Shown piece after piece: positions 60,867 through 64,000 of a stretch of DNA of 64,000 nucleotides. Origin of the DNA: Nitrospirota bacterium. GTDB lineage: Bacteria; Nitrospirota; UBA9217. The notes beneath the pieces were generated by a model. It was given only the letters and a program-made list of their open reading frames with translations, had not been told where the DNA came from and did not search any database. The DNA is taken from positions 1,152,001-1,216,000 of the forward strand of contig CAWJQQ010000001.1 of the NCBI GenBank assembly GCA_963845065.1. Direction: 5' to 3'. How positions within the stretch are numbered: position 1 is the stretch's first letter; every line of letters begins with the position of its first letter. The translations under genes and the position numbers were made by a program.

Positions 60867-62674
60867 ATTTTCCCTGTCACATCCTTTTTAAACACGAAAG
60901 TGGCAAACGTATACTGGCATCCTGCATAAGTAAAGTCCGGATTTGGGCACGCCCACTGTGGTGTATCAACAAGAGCGCAATCCTTCAACAGCGGCTGTAA
61001 TCTTTCTCGAAAATCTTTCTGCGTGTAGAGACGAAAATCTTCCGGCGGTATCCGTTCTCCAAGCTTATACTGATCATTATAATCGCAGGTTATAATGGCT
61101 ATGCCACCCGGCGCAAGCAAATCTACAACCTGTGTAATGAAAAGCTCATCTTTTTTGACATGCTCGATAACTGATGTCGAAAATATAACATCATAGCTTC
61201 CCTTGGCGGTCGTCGGTTTATGAAAGAAGGCATTGAGGTCGTAATTCAACACCGGATCGACTTCATCCATCTTGAAGCCTATTTTTTTTAAGGTTGCGGC
61301 TGCAGTGTCATCATAACTTCCGACACACAGCATTTTTGGAGAATCAAGCGATGAAGCTGATGAAGCTAAGGTATAAACGGTGTCCAGGACAAAGGCCTGC
61401 TGGATGTTAGCTTTGCGAAGCTTATGGGCCATCATTTCTGGAACGATTTCAAATAATTTGTTGATTATCGGTTCATATTGTCGTCTAGCCGTGTCGTCTA
61501 AAATTCTATTGTACTGTTTTTTGCCCGGAAGGGGCATCAATGAATATTCTTTGCGTTGCATAGCAAAGGGCTGGTGGATATCTTTATGAATTTGGGGGGT
61601 CCATGATTCTGTCTGTTCGGTGACGGAGCTTCGTACCCGGTTGCGAATGACCGAGAACAGCGACCTGATGATCGGAAGGGTCAATTTGCGACGAGGACTT
61701 CTCATTGTATCAGTAAGTATTCTTTCAATGATTCTTTCGTAATCCCATATCAGATTTTCTTCGCACCACTCTTGCCGGTAAGGCAGAAGCGGTTCAACAC
61801 CGTTCTGTACTATTTGCCTCAGTGTCGAATCATTGATGCATATGGAGGGGGTTGCCGCATAAAGGTGCCTGAACATATCGCTTCGCGAAATGGCGATGGG
61901 CCGATCAACTGCAAGCGCCAAATCGATCACGCTCGATATACCCCGGCCTTTGTTTTCTTCGTAAAAAAAAGCATTGATAGTATTTTGTGCCAAAAAGTCC
62001 AATAACTGCTTCTTGTTGAGAAAATCATGGCCAATAACGAGTTTTATCAGAGGCTTAACGATCAATCCGCGACACCGTTCAGCTATCGCACGCGCTTCAC
62101 TTCCCGTCGCGTCGCCAAAGGCAGCGTACGGAATATGGAGACGTATCTGCGCTTCATCAAACTCTTGCTGTATAACTGTAATGAGGCGTTCAAACCCCTT
62201 TCCTTTGGTTCCGAAGCCAAAACTACCAATGGTCGGTATGGTGGGCGGCTGGAAGATGTTGTTGTAGTCAGGAACGAGTCTACCTGTCTTAAACATAAGA
62301 GGGTTTTTCAGCAAGAGGGTCGGGTCCGGCGCGATATGGAATTGGAAAAAAGAATTATCTGCTTTATCCGCTGCCTGTTGAGTGACTTCATGCATGATTC
62401 CTATATGTGGCACCTTAATGTGCCTCATGATTTTCTTTTTCAGCCAGGGCATCGTTGAGGGGTAGTAATTGTAAATAATCGCGGTGGGATTCATGTGAGC
62501 CGTTATCGCGAAGAACTCATCGGGATCAGAGCATTCGGCATATGTAAAGTCATAACGAGCGGACTTCCGCACCGCTGCGGCGATGTTGAGGCCGTACTCG
62601 TGGACACCACATAGTTGCTGTTTATGAGAAATGAATAGGACTTTTGGTCGTTGCAAATTTTCAATCGGTTTCAT
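60863..62674 (-). CDS. Glycosyltransferase-like / class I SAM methyltransferase fusion
   Basis: N-terminal GT-B-like region (IGSFGF..KGFE, SSVIDLALAVDRPI); C-terminal LCVGS, YDVIFSTSVIEH, LAPGG. Confidence 0.65.
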   Translation of the reverse strand: MKPIENLQRPKVLFISHKQQLCGVHEYGLNIAAAVRKSARYDFTYAECSDPDEFFAITAHMNPTAIIYNYYPSTMPWLKKKIMRHIKVPHIGIMHEVTQQAADKADNSFFQFHIAPDPTLLLKNPLMFKTGRLVPDYNNIFQPPTIPTIGSFGFGTKGKGFERLITVIQQEFDEAQIRLHIPYAAFGDATGSEARAIAERCRGLIVKPLIKLVIGHDFLNKKQLLDFLAQNTINAFFYEENKGRGISSVIDLALAVDRPIAISRSDMFRHLYAATPSICINDSTLRQIVQNGVEPLLPYRQEWCEENLIWDYERIIERILTDTMRSPRRKLTLPIIRSLFSVIRNRVRSSVTEQTESWTPQIHKDIHQPFAMQRKEYSLMPLPGKKQYNRILDDTARRQYEPIINKLFEIVPEMMAHKLRKANIQQAFVLDTVYTLASSASSLDSPKMLCVGSYDDTAAATLKKIGFKMDEVDPVLNYDLNAFFHKPTTAKGSYDVIFSTSVIEHVKKDELFITQVVDLLAPGGIAIITCDYNDQYKLGERIPPEDFRLYTQKDFRERLQPLLKDCALVDTPQWACPNPDFTYAGCQYTFATFVFKKDVTGKI

Positions 62675-62921
62675 GCTTTCCGCCTTTTCATTAAACGCAT
62701 GGCTGTTTTTTTTCGCTAAAATAAGAGAGAATGCACCGCTGTTCAAAGAGCGGGCCGACCTGTTTATCGACAAGATCTAAGTATTTATTACGCTCGAGGT
62801 TCAAGAGAGCTAGTATTTTGCGACCTTGTTTTGTTTACAGCAAATGATTTAAGGGTTGCCTATGTATACGCTTTTCTGAGCTTTGCATGAACGCTTTAGT
62901 CCCAGCTCATCAGTGTTAAGG

Positions 62922-64000
62922 TTACACAATCTCAATTTCCGGAAACGGAAATATCATCTTCCCGCCGCTAGTCAAATACTCTTTTTCACGTCGAAGAATT
63001 CCGTCCTTGAAGTGCCAGGGAAGCACCAGAAAATAATCTGGCTTCATTGCCCGTGCCTCCTGCTCAGATATAATCGGTATATGCGTCCCCGGTGTGAAAC
63101 AGCCGAATTTATCAGGATTGACTTCCGCAATGGCGGGGATATCTTTCTTGGTAAAGCCGCAAAACTGGAGAACTACATTCCCTTTTGTTGAGGCACCGTA
63201 ACCGAGGATCTTTTTGCCGTCTGCATTTAAAGCCCGGATCAACCGGGTGAGATCATCCCGATGGCGGAAAACGCGTTCTTCGAAATCACGGTAGGGGCGG
63301 GGAGTATTTAGCCCCATTCGATGTTCCTGTTCAAGCAGCCAGTCTATGACCGCGAGGTTCTGCACGATATCGGAATTCTCGACCTTGGCTGCGGTAACGG
63401 CAAAACTGCCGCCGTTGATTGCATTCATAACGACATCCACAATCTTTAGTCCTGCCTTCTCTAGGATATTCTTGACTACTCCGAGCGAATAATATTCGAG
63501 GTGTTCATGGCATATCGTGTCATAGGAATTCATACGGAGCATCGAGGGCATGTAGCTTTGTTCAAAATGCCATATTCCATCATTGGCAAGGATTGATTCT
63601 ATCTGTTTGACAAATGTTACCGGGGCATCTAGGTCGTAAAACATTGCAATGGACGTGACAATGCTGGCTTGTTGGGATTCAACGGCACGATAGGCAGTGG
63701 CCGAGAAAAAGTCTGGGATCAACTTGATGTCGTCGATGTAGTATTGGGCGAACTTCTTCCCTGTAGGATCAATACCGATTCTTTTGATCCCGGGTGTAGA
63801 ATAAGCTTTCAACGTGGTGGCGTCATTGCTTCCGATGTCGACAACGCAGTCTCCAGGCTTCAAGTTTATCATGCGCTCCAGATAGCGAATTTTTTCCGTA
63901 AGATGGTTTACCATCGATTGATTGAGCCCTGAGCGGTAGCCGTAATTCTGGCCGTACATTTCACTAGAATCATAGGAATGCCTGAGTTGCAGCAGTTCGC
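62922..64000 (-). CDS. NDP-hexose C-methyltransferase (5' end outside window)
   Basis: YGYRS, DIGSNDAT, YDTICHEHLEYY, NGGS, YGASTKGN, LPWHF; frame open to the window edge. Confidence 0.88.
   Translation of the reverse strand, partial: ELLQLRHSYDSSEMYGQNYGYRSGLNQSMVNHLTEKIRYLERMINLKPGDCVVDIGSNDATTLKAYSTPGIKRIGIDPTGKKFAQYYIDDIKLIPDFFSATAYRAVESQQASIVTSIAMFYDLDAPVTFVKQIESILANDGIWHFEQSYMPSMLRMNSYDTICHEHLEYYSLGVVKNILEKAGLKIVDVVMNAINGGSFAVTAAKVENSDIVQNLAVIDWLLEQEHRMGLNTPRPYRDFEERVFRHRDDLTRLIRALNADGKKILGYGASTKGNVVLQFCGFTKKDIPAIAEVNPDKFGCFTPGTHIPIISEQEARAMKPDYFLVLPWHFKDGILRREKEYLTSGGKMIFPFPEIEIV

Noticed and set aside
1..64000. CRISPR array, integron attC array, tRNA or rRNA genes
   Set aside because: No regularly spaced repeats or recognisable tRNA/rRNA motifs seen by eye.

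Overview
Bacterial chromosomal window from a diderm organism; gene order and content suggest Nitrospirota or Desulfobacterota (inference). The first ~15 kb is accessory: the 3' end of a class III adenylate/guanylate cyclase with secreted SH3-like and M48 peptidase partners, a FadL-like barrel, an M6 protease with a CFI-box tail, a large Ser/Thr-rich lipoprotein, a CPHC thioredoxin, and IS200/IS605/IS607 material. That material includes an IS607 element (serine tnpA plus nonsense-broken tnpB) inserted at a GG core inside an unannotated IS200 tnpA pseudogene, and an intact tnpB-only element with IS608-like ends. Three dispersed 53-nt single-hairpin mini-elements of the IS200/IS605 type lie at 2162, 15447 and 40461. 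The core region holds mazG, glnD, polA, a ComFB protein opposite a GAF-GGDEF cyclase, aspC, a collapsed nikM/cbiM-nikO/cbiO relic, an output-less TM-GAF-PAS protein, lptCAB-rpoN-hpf-ptsN-hprK-rapZ-mannose-type PTS-ptsH-ptsI, a cobD-like gene, alr, mlaEFD (long MlaD), galU, lon and thiL. The last ~14 kb is a surface-glycosylation cluster. I saw no tRNA, rRNA or CRISPR array. All calls are by eye; no searches were run.
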